Positions 1 to 12,015 of a DNA stretch of 64,000 nt are shown piece by piece. Under the pieces are notes generated by a model. That model was not told the origin of the DNA, made no database searches, and saw nothing but the letters and a program-made list of their open reading frames with translations. The stretch covers positions 130,450,001 to 130,514,000 of the forward strand of contig CM059431.1 in NCBI GenBank assembly GCA_030390025.1. Direction: 5' to 3'. Made by a program: the position numbers and the translations under genes. This DNA comes from Squalus acanthias. Taxonomy: Eukaryota. Each line of letters opens with the position of its first letter. The stretch's first letter is position 1.

Positions 1-676
1 CCCCTCCAACGACAGACAGGAGAGGGTCGGGGATGGTTAAAAATGAAAAAGCAGGGAACCCGACCACAACTACCACATACGCGCTCGTTGCCATTTTTAC
101 CACAGTGGGTTTCGTAGCATCCAAGTGTACCAGCATGGAGATGCGGGGAACTTCATTAACATATTTAAATTTGGCTCCCACAGTGCGATTAGGAGCCTTA
201 TTTAAATTTTACAGATGCCGCACGGGTTTCCCAGGGATCAGGAAACCTGGCAGTGAAAGGGAGGCAGGAGCTGCCGGCTCCACAAGGTAAGCAGTTTTTA
301 TGGGTCAGGGCTCCCCCTGGCACCTCAAGGAAGTCTTCAGTCTCCCCTCTTCTGATTGCGGCCTCTCTCTCCATCCAGCTGATCGCGGCCGATCTCACCT
401 CTGCCCAAACCCGTATGCCAACCTTCTCCCCTCACCAAATGCCGGGGACTGTCCCCAAAGGTCCCTGGCTGTGGCCTCCTGCTGCTGATTTTCCCTCCTG
501 CCCACTGGCCAGCCTGTCAAATTGGCTGTCTGCTGTGTGGGAAACTAAAGAAAAAAATGATAATGAGGTCCTGCCGTTAAATTATACATGACCTCCCATT
601 CCCAGGCTTTGCCGGGTTCTTTGGCTGTTTTTGTTCTCATCTGCACCCACCCTGCATCCCCGTAAATATCGGAGCC
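1..676. mobile_element. Right part of a non-autonomous Harbinger-type element (degenerate)
   Basis: GC-rich motifs and an end (...cccgtaaatatcggagcc) resemble the termini of other Harbinger derivatives in the window. The left end lies outside the window. Confidence 0.4.
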
Positions 677-702
677 AGTCTCTTACCTCATTGTAATTTT
701 TA

Positions 703-910
703 AACAAACAATGCTTCTTTGAGGGAAACAGATAGGAAGAGAGTGGAGGAGGGAACAAACAATGCTTCTTTGAGGGAAACAGATAGGAAGAGAGTGGAGG
801 AGGAAACAAACAATGCTTCTTTGAGGGAAACAGATAGGAAGAGAGTGGAGGAGGGAACAAACAATGCTTCTTTGAGGGAAACAGATAGGAAGAGAGTGGA
901 GGAGAGAAAC
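703..910. repeat. Minisatellite, 4 x 51 bp
   Basis: Unit aacaaacaatgcttctttgagggaaacagataggaagagagtggaggagg(g/a) starts at 703, 754, 805 and 856. Confidence 0.95.
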
Positions 911-1436
911 AGGTTGAGGGTGAAAGAGCCTCTGGTCTCTTGTCCTCCATACTTGGGGGGGAGCAATTGGGATTGGAGAAGAGTGGATGGAGACTTAAAG
1001 GTGAGCTGAGTGACAGTGGACAGAGAAGATACAAGGATTGAGTGGGAAGTTCAAAAGGGAAGAGGTAGGGATAGTAATAGGAATGAGGATGTGGTAGGAG
1101 AGTGAGGTGATAGTGGGATGGTGAATGGGTAGGGGATGCAAGGGGAGATGGACTGAGGAGAAGCATGGTTGGGGGAGGGGATGGGAAGGTAGCTGCTGAG
1201 GGCCATATTTCCCTGTAACCATATCTAAAATGCAGCCTGTAGTTATTGGTAGCTCCTTTCTCCACCATACCCTCCTGTCCACCACCTCCACTTGAAAGGG
1301 AAGAAGAAAAAGGTAGATAGAGAAGCAAAAGAACCAGACAGAAGCAGGAGATGTAAGCCAGAGAGAAACAACAAGAAAGACAACAGAGACAGGTGAACGA
1401 GAAAGAGAGCAGGAGAGACGATATTCTCTGACTTAC

Positions 1437-1608
1437 CATGTGCAACGTCAGGGGAGTTCAACGAGCAGGTAGAAAACAGAACGCCCATGGATATAAAAAG
1501 AACACAATGACCATAGGTTACAAATATACAGGGCACCTCTTGGTAAAAATAAAGTAGACCACTCATACATAAAAACACACACAAAAGGTTAAAAAGAATT
1601 TTGAACAT
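1437..1608 (-). other. Candidate coding exon of an unidentified host gene (possible alternative first exon)
   Basis: ATG-initiated frame MFKILFN...SPDVAH ends at a consensus donor ATG|GTAAGT (phase 1). Non-repetitive sequence; no homology recognised. Confidence 0.25.
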
Positions 1609-1785
1609 CCATATGTTAAAAACAATCAGGATTCCGAAAACATTAGATGATCATGGGTAAGAAAAACATAGCATTGACGATGCGTCATATAATCAAGATA
1701 CCCTTAGGTAAACAAAATGAAACATCCATGTTACAAACTTCAGACTCGTACAGTAAAATTGACTATCTACTTGTTTCTCACTTAC

Positions 1786-2191
1786 CATTTTGGCTATCTG
1801 CTGCTCTGCGTTCTCTGATTTCTATGTTCAATTGGTGCTGTCCTCTTTCTAGCTTGGTATAGTCTGCTGCTATTAAACCACAGCGAACCTCCTGTGCAAT
1901 CTTTTCTGTCATGCACTCTCTGAAGTTACTGGCTGGCAATTTCCTCACAGGTGCTCGCTCTCCGCTGCCTGAACTTTGCCTGGCTTCTAACACACTTTCA
2001 GTGAAATTATGTAAGCCGAACGGGAGCAGCTCTGAGGAAATTCCTGGCTCTTTTCCTTTTGTTTGAAGCGATTTGAGCTTTACAAGCACAATTGTATTAG
2101 TAACAGCAGCTCCCTTATTAATGGAAAAAGTCTGCTTCCTCACTGCTCTTAATCCACCAGAAAGAAAGTGGTATTTTACAATCCTCCAGGT
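1786..2191 (-). other. Candidate exon of an unidentified host gene
   Basis: Acceptor TTCTGACCTTTGCAG| and donor AATG|GTAAGT bound a 406-nt stretch open in one frame (...MTEKIAQEVRCG...AADSQN). No homology recognised. Confidence 0.35.
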
Positions 2192-2504
2192 CTGCAAAGG
2201 TCAGAATATGAACAAGAGTAGAAACTTGTAAGCAAGTGTGCAAATATATTTAAAAGTGGGCATGGTCTTTGCATACCAGATAACAAGAGTTCATCATGGT
2301 TTTCAACAGTATCTCAGAGTGTGCTCGAAAGATACAGAAACCAGGGAAAAGTCACTCTCTGTATACAGTTAAGGCTGATCACCTTTTACTGTGTATCAAT
2401 AAAGTCTGTTCCGTATACTCCACTACGAAGTCTCGCGCTTACTCAAAACATGTTGTTGTGAACCAGAGGAGAAAGGAGGTTGACTGCTAACAGAGTGCTG
2501 TATT

Positions 2505-2720
2505 CAATTCTTGGTGCCATGCTACAATTAGGACATACCTGCACTGAAGAAAGTACAGAGAAGAACAGCAAGAATGATCCCAAGTGTAAAGTGGTTGAGC
2601 TATGCGAAAAAATTAGAGAAGAGAGAGAGAGATGATTGATTAATTCAAGATGTAGTTGGATGTTAAGCTTGGAGAGTTAGGGAACTAGAGGGAAGAGTTT
2701 CAGTATGCCGAATTGCCTTT
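2505..2720 (+). mobile_element. Highly decayed CR1 LINE 3' fragment
   Basis: ttcaattcttggtgccat...ctgaagaaagtacagagaagaacagcaagaatgatccca resembles the CR1 ORF2 C-terminus (QFW.P...LEKVQRRATRMIP). Confidence 0.55.
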
Positions 2721-3619
2721 TCTCACCCTCAACTTCATGATTTTATTTAAAAGTAGAATACTCATTACAGTATGTGATGCAAAAATAGGTGACATCCATT
2801 AAAACAAACATCTCAGGTGAAATTTCGAATGTGTGGTCATTTTATATGTAATTTTATTCGCCGCAGTCTCCCCAAAGATTTCGTACATACAAAAGAATAT
2901 ATTTCCTTAATTTTATTTAAGTTTGTGTTAATACATAGTCAGTTACTTTCATAGTTTGTATTATTCATTAATTCAGGTCAATCAGAGTTCAATTGTCTGG
3001 CGAGGGAACTACAGAATATTCAATCAGAGTTTAATCGGTCTTCAGGCTGTAAGTCACAACTCAGGGTGAAGTGTCTGGCTTTCTTTTTTTTCTAAAATGT
3101 GATTGTTATGTGATTCCTGTGTCAATAGGGTATTTTCTATTTGTGGGGAGTTTCCAATTATATTCTAAATGACTGGCTTTCTTTCCCTTTTTAAAGATTG
3201 TTGGAAGAAATTTGCACGAGCTAATGATCTGGAAGAATTTTGCCGAGAATAAATTTTACTACAGTTAAGAGTGACACAGAAAGTGTGACAAGATGGGCAT
3301 GAAAGTGCGCATATGTGCAATTTTTATTTTAAGGTAGATACTAAATATTTTGCATAGTTCGTTACGAAGCTACGTTGAATAGAATTCTGTGTAACTTACT
3401 ATGCTTGCTGCACAATTGAAAGAAAACATTAATGTGTGAGGTTTAAAAAAAATATTTCTACAAAAATTGCAGAATACTTATGTCTTCTTCAGAAACTTTT
3501 TACATATTTAATTTTCTTTACACTATCTAAAACCATAAACACATTTTCCATCATTCAATATGCAAATAACTGGCAAACAGATGAAATACAGTCAAAAGCT
3601 GTAAATTTATCTGATACAA

Positions 3620-3995
3620 CTTAAATTCTGCTGCCTGTATTCTAACTCGCACCAAGTCCCTTTCACCCATCACCACTGTGGTCGCTGACCTACATTGGCT
3701 CCCGGTCCAGGAACACCTCGATTTTAAAAGCCTCATCCTTGTTTTCGAATCCTTTCATGGCCTCGCCCCTCCCTATCTATGTAACCTCCTTCAGCCCTAC
3801 AACACTCCGAGATCTCTGCACTCCTCCAATTATAGCCTCTTGCGAATCCCCAATTATCATCGCTCCACCATTGGTGACCATGCCTTCAGCTGTCGAGGCC
3901 CTAAGCTCTGGAATTCCCTCCCTAAACCTCTCTGCCTCTCCTTTAAAACGCTTCATAAATCCTACCTCTATGACCAAGCTTTTGGTCACCTGTCC
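3620..3995 (+). mobile_element. L2 LINE 3' fragment
   Basis: Encodes LHWLPV...APPYL...GPKLWNSLP, typical of the L2 ORF2 C-terminus; the same sequence recurs at 11730, 25220 and 34013. Confidence 0.85.
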
Positions 3996-4387
3996 ACAAT
4001 AGAGATACCTCAATAGCCAAAGAATTTCAATAACTGAACACTTTAAAAAAGAAACTACCTACAATTTTTATATGGTGATATTGTTCAAAATACAGGAAAC
4101 TTTCGTTTATCCGGCATCGACGGGACCGGCGTGGTGCCGGTTTATCGAAAGTACCGGATAACGGAGAGTTATATCTACCGAGGCTATTTTTAACCTAAAA
4201 AAATCAAGAAATGTGCAGTATACAGTATTTGGGTACTCACCTACAGAATGTTGTGTTAAATGGATAGTGGACGATGCTTGATTAAGTACAGTACTGCCAA
4301 TTGAGGGTAATCCATAACTCTTTAATTACTTAACAGTAAAACAAAACTTATAAACGACTGTCTACAGTACTGTAGTTGACTGTACAC

Positions 4388-6145
4388 TTATTCCGAGTCA
4401 TCTGGTTCATCAGAAATATCCGTGCCAGCTGGGTCATCAGGATCACGCAGTTCCACCGATTCTTCAGGCACTTCCGCTGCTGCGACTCTTTTGGAAGCTT
4501 TCTTAAACATGTTGCGGATGTCGGTTTGCTTAGTGGACTCTTGCCTTTTCTGTAGAAAGGTGGAATGCAGAATATGGAGTTGCATAACTTCTTGTGCAGT
4601 GTAGCAATTCTGCCTTTCAGCAAATTTGAGGATTGTAGAAAATCCTTCTGCAGCTTTAGCCCAAGAAATCTTCTCTTCTTCAGAAATCTCATCCTCTTCA
4701 CTTTCCATCTCGCTTTCCTTTTCTTTCTTTGGATTCAAAACATTCTGAATTATTTCATCATCACTTAGCATATGCACAACACCAACTTCTCTATCTGCAT
4801 CAACCCACTGCTCGATATCACTTTCACTGAGGTGACGTAGAGGGTTTGCTGGGCCTGCATTTTTCACCATTCCAGCCATTTCCATTATTGTACTCTTCTT
4901 GGGACGAACACTGAACCCATGAAATTCCTCCTCTGAAGAAGAACCTTCAGCAAACATTACAGAAGGCCACAATTTGCGCCAGGCTTGCCTCAGAGTGTGA
5001 CCTTTCACCAATTTCCAGGAACATGCAACATTATAGATGGCATCTTTAATATTGTATTCCTTCTGCAAATCTTGAATATTCTCATCTTGGCTTAGCAGTT
5101 TACGTAGGAAGTCTTTCTTGTAATGACACTTCAGATTTTGGATAACGCCCTGGTCCATGGGTTGGATGAGAGAAGTTACATTTGGTGGCAAATAAATGGT
5201 GAAAATATTTCCCGAAACCAACTGGGATTCATGCGGATGGGCTCTGCAATTATCAAGCAATAAAATGCATTTGCTATCTTCAGGTTTCCCTATTCTGCGG
5301 AAATGTTCCTTCACAGATGGAACAAAAATATGATGGAACCAATCGGAGAAGATTTCCTTATCCATCCAAGCATTTTTTTGAGCTTTGTACTCAACAGGTA
5401 AGTGCCTCACATTTTTAAATGCACGGGGATTTTTATACTTCCCGATAACAAGAAGTTTAACCCGGTGTGATCCAGCGGCGTTCGCACATGTTAGCACGGT
5501 TACACGATCTTTATTTTTCTTGTAACCTGAAGCATTAGCCTCACTAGCCCCAGCAAGCGTTGATTCTGGCAAAAACCTCCAAAACAAGCCAGTTTCATCG
5601 GCATTGTAGATCTGTGCTGGCGACAAATCATGTTGCTGCACAATCCGATTGAAATAATCGCAGTATTCTTCTGCGGCTTCGTGATCAGCTGATTTCTTCT
5701 CCCCGGAAATATCGAGTCGTCGTATCCCGTGCCGTAACTTGAAGCACGTTAGCCATCCATCGGAGAAAGCACACTTGTCAGTGAGCTCCATCCTATCGTA
5801 GAATTCCTTCGCTTTCTCGATGAGCATGGGTCCGGAAAGTGGAAGACCCTCTGAACGCTTAAGAGAAAACCATTCATAAAGCACGGTATCCAGCTCTTCA
5901 AGCTTAGGCTTACGAAGCGTACGCCGTTTCTCTACACTCTTAGATGTCTCCGAGCTTGAATAAAACTTGAGCAGCTTATCCTTCTGCGATTTGATGTCGT
6001 AGATTGTTGACGAACCGATTTTGAATTCATTCATAATGTTGATACGCTTCTCTCCCCTTTCTAGTCGTTGGCATATCTCGATTTTCTGTTTTAAAGTTAA
6101 GACCACTCTCTTCCTTTTGCTTGGACCAGCTTTTGGGAATTCCAT
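4388..6145 (-). CDS. Tigger/pogo transposase, 585 aa (CENP-B-type HTH domains plus DDE_1 domain; jerky/TIGD-like)
   Basis: First ATG at 6145 ([24 protein letters not shown]). HTH motifs LYEWF and FSDGWL..FK.RHGI; catalytic NADETG, LLLDN, QPMDQG (DD32D); uninterrupted. Confidence 0.94.
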   Translation of the reverse strand: MEFPKAGPSKRKRVVLTLKQKIEICQRLERGEKRINIMNEFKIGSSTIYDIKSQKDKLLKFYSSSETSKSVEKRRTLRKPKLEELDTVLYEWFSLKRSEGLPLSGPMLIEKAKEFYDRMELTDKCAFSDGWLTCFKLRHGIRRLDISGEKKSADHEAAEEYCDYFNRIVQQHDLSPAQIYNADETGLFWRFLPESTLAGASEANASGYKKNKDRVTVLTCANAAGSHRVKLLVIGKYKNPRAFKNVRHLPVEYKAQKNAWMDKEIFSDWFHHIFVPSVKEHFRRIGKPEDSKCILLLDNCRAHPHESQLVSGNIFTIYLPPNVTSLIQPMDQGVIQNLKCHYKKDFLRKLLSQDENIQDLQKEYNIKDAIYNVACSWKLVKGHTLRQAWRKLWPSVMFAEGSSSEEEFHGFSVRPKKSTIMEMAGMVKNAGPANPLRHLSESDIEQWVDADREVGVVHMLSDDEIIQNVLNPKKEKESEMESEEDEISEEEKISWAKAAEGFSTILKFAERQNCYTAQEVMQLHILHSTFLQKRQESTKQTDIRNMFKKASKRVAAAEVPEESVELRDPDDPAGTDISDEPDDSE

Positions 6146-6185
6146 AATGCAAGATGGAGGAGATAATTGCCGATGAAGATGGAAA

Positions 6186-6617
6186 GACACACAGAACAAT
6201 GGTGGCTAGGAAGAGACTACCAGCAGCGTGGCAGACACACAGCAAAATGGTGGATCAGAAGAGACTACAGTACCAGCAGCGTGGGAGACACCCAGCAAAA
6301 TGGTGGATCAGAAGAGACTACCAGCATCATGGGAGACACCCAGCAAAATGGCCGATCCGAAGAGACTCCAGGCAGCGCGGGAGAATCTACTCATGCTACT
6401 GCAATGTTTCGGACTTGCGACAGCGCCAGGAGGCCGAGTAGTGGCACTTTTGAAAAGTACCCCTACTGACTAAATCGGCGTTCGCGGACTCGGACTCGGA
6501 CTCGGGATCGGCAACATTGCCGGTTATTTGAGAGGAGTTTTCGGAGCACTCGGCGTTCGCGGAGACTCGACTGCGACTCGGCAACATTGCCGGTTATTTG
6601 AGAGGAGTTTTCGGAGG
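6186..6617. repeat. Internal repeats in the Tigger upstream region
   Basis: About four ~42-47-bp units (agacacccagcaaaatggtggatcagaagagactaccagcagcgtggg) at 6186-6385, and two ~74-bp units (cggcgttcgcgga...cattgccggttatttgagaggagttttcggag) at 6477-6617. Confidence 0.85.
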
Positions 6618-6709
6618 ATGATTTTTGCCGGTTAAGCGAGAATTCCGGTTATTTGGGTGCCGGATAAACGAAAGTTTCCTGTAATCAATGGGACTGAAAT
6701 AAAGAACAT

Positions 6710-7570
6710 GGCCCATGAAATTAAAGTGGTTTGCGTCACCTGTTAGCACCATGAAATAGCGAAAAAATGGCGGACGGCGCTCTTCCGCCAGCTGGTGGTG
6801 GGTACCGCAGCGGCCGCCATTTTTGGCAGGTCGTCTGTGGTGCCGTTAACTGCTATCGGCGAGAGTATTTTAATGAGGTGGAGCATGACATCAATTGGCA
6901 TGCAACGCCAAGTTGACGCCAGCTCATCCATTTTGGAGTTCTCCGCTTGCATTCCCGCTTACGCTAATTCACGCCAGGATTTGCTGCCACTAACAGGTCT
7001 TTCAGCGGTATTAATGGCCATAAGGAGTCTGGCAGGACTTATGAGGATAAACGCCGGAACTTCAAATGCCTCCTTTTCCAAGGTTCTTCTTTTAAACTTT
7101 CATTTTTTGCTCATCAGTGGTGAGGGGTGTTGCATTTACTGGCGGCTTTCCGGGAGACCTACTATTTTTGTGGGTCAATCAATCAATGGGTGAGCTCCAT
7201 TGCAACAATTGAAATGATCTGTGATAAAAAAAAAATCTCTTTTATCTGCATTCGTGTCCTAAACAAACAAAAAAAATCGATAAACATCGGGTGGCAGCTA
7301 ATATTTTTGGAGCAGGTATGGCAACTGGTCGGGTTGTTCTTTTCTTGCCTGCTCCCCTACACTGCGAGCCGGAGACCGAGGCGACCTTTGGCCTCCTTCC
7401 GACATTAGCGCTGCAGAGAGCACATTGCACTCGTAAATCACCGTCACGCTTATGATAATGAGCAGGCAGTACCAAAATGCTGGTACTGCCTGCGCTGTCT
7501 TAGCCGGCGGTCATTATCCTTGGCCACCAATGTTACTGGCAGGTTTCCAGCGTTCCCACATTTCTAGGCC
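6710..7570. mobile_element. Degenerate non-autonomous Harbinger-type element
   Basis: Imperfect termini ggcccatgaaatt ... atttctaggcc; CpG-rich subterminal regions around an AT-rich core, like the other MITEs here. Confidence 0.5.
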
Positions 7571-8179
7571 ATAGTCTTGAAGTGAGACTCATTATTGGAG
7601 AAAGGCTATGAGAGGTGGTGAGAGACACACTAACCCTCTACAATGTGCAAAATCTAACCCATCATATTTTAGACACTGCAAATAAATAATATATTGTAAT
7701 CCTGAAGATTAAATTGCAGCATCTTTGCCATCATTCATAACCTTTCGAATAACCCATCACCACCCTAATAGCTAAACAATGATAAGAAAAAATGGTAATC
7801 TATAGTGTGACATGGTCTTAAATCAGCACGAGCTGATTAATTCCCATTTTTATGTTCAGATTCTAACTCAAGTTGACTAAATCAATCAAAACCCTATTAC
7901 CTTCATACATGCAAGCATTGCTTTTCAAATCAATAAAATTCCATTTTGTTTTCAAAACATTGCCAATAAATAAATCCAAATTATTCTGTTAACGATTTGC
8001 CATGTAGGTTTTATTTGTAACATTGTGCATGTTAATTGCACTACTCCCACATTTTTCTTTATTCAGACCTCCTAAATTGGGTTTATAGTAGAGTGGCAGC
8101 ATTGCTATGGGATTTATCTGAAAGAAACAACAGATGAATTTTAATGTGGTTAAATGTAAGGTAATGGTAATGGAAACAT

Positions 8180-8735
8180 GGGAGTAGAAACTTGTTATGA
8201 CCCATTTTCGGGCACGTAACTGATGACACGCTTCCAGCATGCGCCCCATCCGGAAGGCCTGAGGCGCAATAGGCATTGAGCTTCGGGGCCTCATTGTAAT
8301 AATTGGCAGCACGCCCGTGTGGCCGGATTGAATTAGTGCCGTTTACCTCACGGGCAGCAGCCCTTGGGTAAGTCCTAAGAGAGAGCGGAGAACAGGATGT
8401 GGGGGGGGGGGGGCGGCAATCGGAGGCCATCGGAGGCCTACAGTAGTCCTGTGGAGCAGGAAGAACACTGCTTCACCCTCCATCCTCCACCCCGGGGTCC
8501 AGAGAATCGGACCTGGACAATGCTCCCGCTAATCGGTGCTGCGACATTTTACTTCAATACAGGGGCAGTCCCGCGCTGACTACTGCCCTGTAGCAGCAAC
8601 ACAGTGGGAGGAGCCGACTGGCCAGAAGATGCACAGGTAACTTTTAAAACTTTGCCCCTCTCTGAAGTCCCTGTGGGCCAGGAGGAGCAGGAATTCTCCT
8701 CCATGCCTCCCAGCCCCAGGCTCCCCCCTCCTGGT
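8180..8735. mobile_element. Fragment of a Harbinger-type MITE
   Basis: Starts gggagtagaaact; shares the tgtgggccaggaggagcaggaa block with 20560-20836. Confidence 0.45.
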
Positions 8736-9059
8736 CACAGTAAAATACTGAACTGTTTTATTTCTGAGACAGCAAGTGAACACCCAGAACAACAGTTACG
8801 ATCAAACTCTTTCAATCAGCATAACTTATCTTTATGTAATAATATAAAAGCATACTATGCTTTCCATATCAGTAGGTCATCTTGCTTGACATAAATAAAA
8901 TAACATCTATCTACCCTTGTACATACTAACCTTCTGAGTCTGGGTGAATGCCTGATCTAGCAGCTTCTTGTTTATAAAGCAAACTGCCATTGGTGATATC
9001 TTGGTGGGTGCTGCCAATCAGGCAATAGTAGCTCTTGATCACCTTCTTGGAAAGCATAA

Positions 9060-9526
9060 CATATTGAAGTCAGTGGCAATCAGGGGAACAACACTCCACT
9101 GGCTGGAGTCATACCTAGCACAAAGGAAGATGGTCACAGTTGTTGGAGGCCAATCATCTCAGCCCCAGGACATCGCTGTAGGAGTTCCTAGAGTAGCATC
9201 CTAGGCCCAACCGTCTTCAGCTGCTTCATCAAAGATCTTCCCTCAATCATAAGGTCAGAAGTGAGGATGTTTGCTGATGATTGTATAGTGTTCAGTTCCA
9301 ATCGCAACTTCTCCTATCATGAAGCAGTCCACGCCCGCATGCAGCAAGACCTGGACAACATTCAGGCTTGGGCTGATAAGTGGCAAGAAACATTTGCGCC
9401 ACACAAGTGCCAAACAATGACCATCTCCAACAAGACAGAGTCAAGCCACCTCCCCTTGACATTTAGTGGCATTTCCATAGTCGAATCCCCCACCATCAAC
9501 ATCCTTGGGTCACCATTGACTAGAAA
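9060..9526 (+). mobile_element. LINE RT fragment (CR1/L2-group, Crack/Daphne-like)
   Basis: TLHWLESYL..RK and MFADD motifs; paralogous to 9633-10748. Confidence 0.85.
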
Positions 9527-9632
9527 CTGCCTAGGCCCTAAGCTCTGGAACTCCCTCCCTAAACCTCTCCTCCTCTCTACCTCCCTTTCCTCCTTTAAGA
9601 CACTCCTTAAAACCTACCTCTTTGACCAAGTA

Positions 9633-10748
9633 TAACTGAAGTCAATGGAAATCAGGGGTAAAACTCTCCACTGGCTGGAGTTATACCTAACACAAAGGAA
9701 GATAGTTGTGGTGGTTGGAGGTCAATCATCTCAGCCCCAGGATATCGCTGCAGGTGTTCTTCAGGGCAGTGTCCTAGGCCCAACCATCTTCAGCTGCTTC
9801 AGCAATGACTTTCCCTCCACCATAAGGTCAGAAGTGGGGATGTTCGCTGATGACTGCACAGTGTTCAGTGCCATTCGCAACTCCTCAGATAATGAAGCAG
9901 TCCTTGCCCGCATGCAGCAAAACCTGGATGATATTCAGGCTTGGGCTGATAAATGGCAAGTAACATTCGCGCCACACAAGTGCCAGGCAATGACTATCTC
10001 CAACAAGAGAGCGTCTAACCACCGCCCCTTGACATTCAACGGCATTACCACCGCCGAATCCCCCACTATCAACATCCTGGGGGGGTCACCATTGACCAGA
10101 AACTTAACTGGACTAGCCACATAAATACTGTGGCAACAAGAGCAGGTCAGAGGCTGGGTATTCTGCAGCGAATGTCTCACCTCCTGACTCTCCAAAGCCT
10201 TTCCACCATCTACAAGGCAGAAGTCAGGAGAGTGATGAAATGCTTTGCACTTGTCTGGATGAGTGCAGCTCCAACAACACTCAAGAAGCTCGACACCATC
10301 CAGAACAAAGCAGCCGTTAGATTGGCACCCCATCCACCACCTTAAACATTCACTCCCTCTGCCACCTGCGGAAAGTGGCTGCAGTGTGTACCATCTACAA
10401 GATGTACTGCAGCAAGTCGCCATGTCTTCTCTGACAGCACCTCCCAAACCCACGACCTCTACCACCTAGAAGGACAAGGGCAGCGCATGGGAACACCACC
10501 ACCTCCAAATTCCCCTCCAAGTCACACACCATCCTGACTTGGAAATATATCGCCGTTCCTTCATCGTCGCTGGGACAATATCCTGGAACTCCCTCCCTAA
10601 CAGCACTGTGGGAGTACCTTCACCACACGGACTGCCGCGCTTCAAGAAGACTGCTCACCACAACTGTCTCGAGGGCCATTAGGGATGGGCAATAAATGCT
10701 GGCCTTGCCAGTGACGCCCACATCCCATGAACGAATAAAAAAAAAAAA
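9633..10748 (+). mobile_element. 5'-truncated LINE (CR1/L2-group, Crack/Daphne-like) with poly(A) end
   Basis: QGSVLGP and MFADD RT motifs; 3' end gcccacatcccatgaacgaataaaaaaaaaa. Preceded by an L2 3' piece (9527-9632). Confidence 0.9.
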
Positions 10749-10829
10749 TTAAATACTGTGATTACGGTGCTTCTGAGGAAGATGCAAACATTACCATTTG
10801 TCAGGCATTCACATATTTTAGAGATGCCA

Positions 10830-11060
10830 ATGGGGTTCTGCTATTGCAGCTTTCTTAAGGAAGAGGAGCCTCCACCAACTATCGAGCACTAACTTTCGCT
10901 GAAGTGGGATATTTTTATCTCTCTCTGCAGATGTGGGTGTGCGGGTACTGGTGGGTGGGCACAGAGCATCTTTCGTCCAGCTGACTCTGTAGGTCTTCCT
11001 CTTCTTCCAAACATTTTGGATAGGAGATTACCACTGTGAAACCCGTTGATGGCAGTAGTG
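10830..11060 (-). pseudogene. Ancient Harbinger transposase N-terminal relic
   Basis: Translates ...LEEEEDL...QYPHTHICRER*KY/HFSES*C...RLLFLKKAAIAE, aligning by eye to YPPRVYREQLSYIHMSEELCLRRLRFSKEVVTE of the intact copy. Confidence 0.5.
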
Positions 11061-12015
11061 GTGTGTGGGCAACATGGGGAATAAATAATTTATATTAATT
11101 GGCATGAGAACCCAAGCGCCTACAGGAAAAGAGTAAGAAAAATGTTTAAGAAATGCTCTTGCCTTTGCATTACGATATTTTTTTCATAATCTCCAGAACA
11201 CATATCGTTGCCCAGCATTAACCCTTCAGTTTAAAAACAAGTAAGATGCAATTTGATTGTGCATATGGAAAAGAAAAAGAATATAATTACTTCTGTCCTG
11301 TGGTTGATAGATTTCATCATCCGTTTTAGATTAAGTCTTTCTGAACATTGATTTTTGAATCAGCCTTTGCTGCTCTGACTCCAACATCCTCTGTGGCTGC
11401 CTCTCTGGTTCAATCTGATGGAGCATTCTTTCTATTCGCAGTATGTACAATCTAATTGTATCTCGCCTGGTTTTAGACATTTTTTGTTTACACGAAGAGA
11501 GCTATATAAATACATGTTGTCAACCTCCCACTGTTATTTTTACAATTTACCAGTATGTCTTGGACATTGAAAAGCCTGCAGCAATAGGTACATATATCTC
11601 TGGAACAAGTACATCAACTCTATATTATTTTGATTAAGATCACATGATAAAGAACACAACTGAGTTCTGTACAGTGGGCACCAACTCAGTTGTGACTTGG
11701 TGAAGTAGCTCTGCTATTTATAAGATTATCCCGGTTAAGCAACGCCTCAATTTCAAAATTCTCATCCTTGTTTTCAAATCCCTCCATGGCCTCACCCCTC
11801 CCTATCTCTGTAATCTCCTTCAGCTCCCCCCCCACCCCCCCGAGATATTTGTGCTCCTGAAATTCTGCCCTCTTGAGCAGCACTGATTATAATCGCTCAA
11901 CCATCGGTGGCCGTGCCTTCAGCTGCCTAGGCCCCAAGCTCTGGAACTCCCTCCTTAAACCTCTCCTCACTTTCCTCCTTTAAAACGCTCCTTAAAGCCT
12001 ACCACTTTGACCAAG

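Larger units (their letters stand above)
4093..6681 (-). mobile_element. Full-length Tigger/pogo (Tc1/mariner superfamily) DNA transposon
   Basis: Perfect 24-bp TIRs CAGGAAACTTTCGTTTATCCGGCA (4093-4116 and 6658-6681), TA on both sides (4091-92, 6682-83), one intact transposase ORF inside. Confidence 0.96.

Noticed and set aside
703..910. CRISPR-like regular repeats (also 48471-48632 and 34790-35240)
   Set aside because: Head-to-tail units without unique spacers, no cas genes, eukaryotic context.
582..1445. 287-aa ORF
   Set aside because: Low-complexity and kept open by the 51-bp (17-codon) minisatellite; no recognisable domain.
3197..3252. Possible plus-strand terminal exon (CWKKFARANDLEEFCRE*)
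   Set aside because: Too short, with no partner exon or recognisable homology.
4388..6199. Host TIGD/JRK gene, and the 603-aa start in the ORF track
   Set aside because: Perfect TIRs and a TA TSD indicate a transposon; the track start is non-ATG and the first ATG is at 6145.
10795..11119. Minus-strand exon with good AG/GT boundaries
   Set aside because: The content is a stop-ridden Harbinger relic; not supportable as coding, though non-coding exonisation cannot be excluded.
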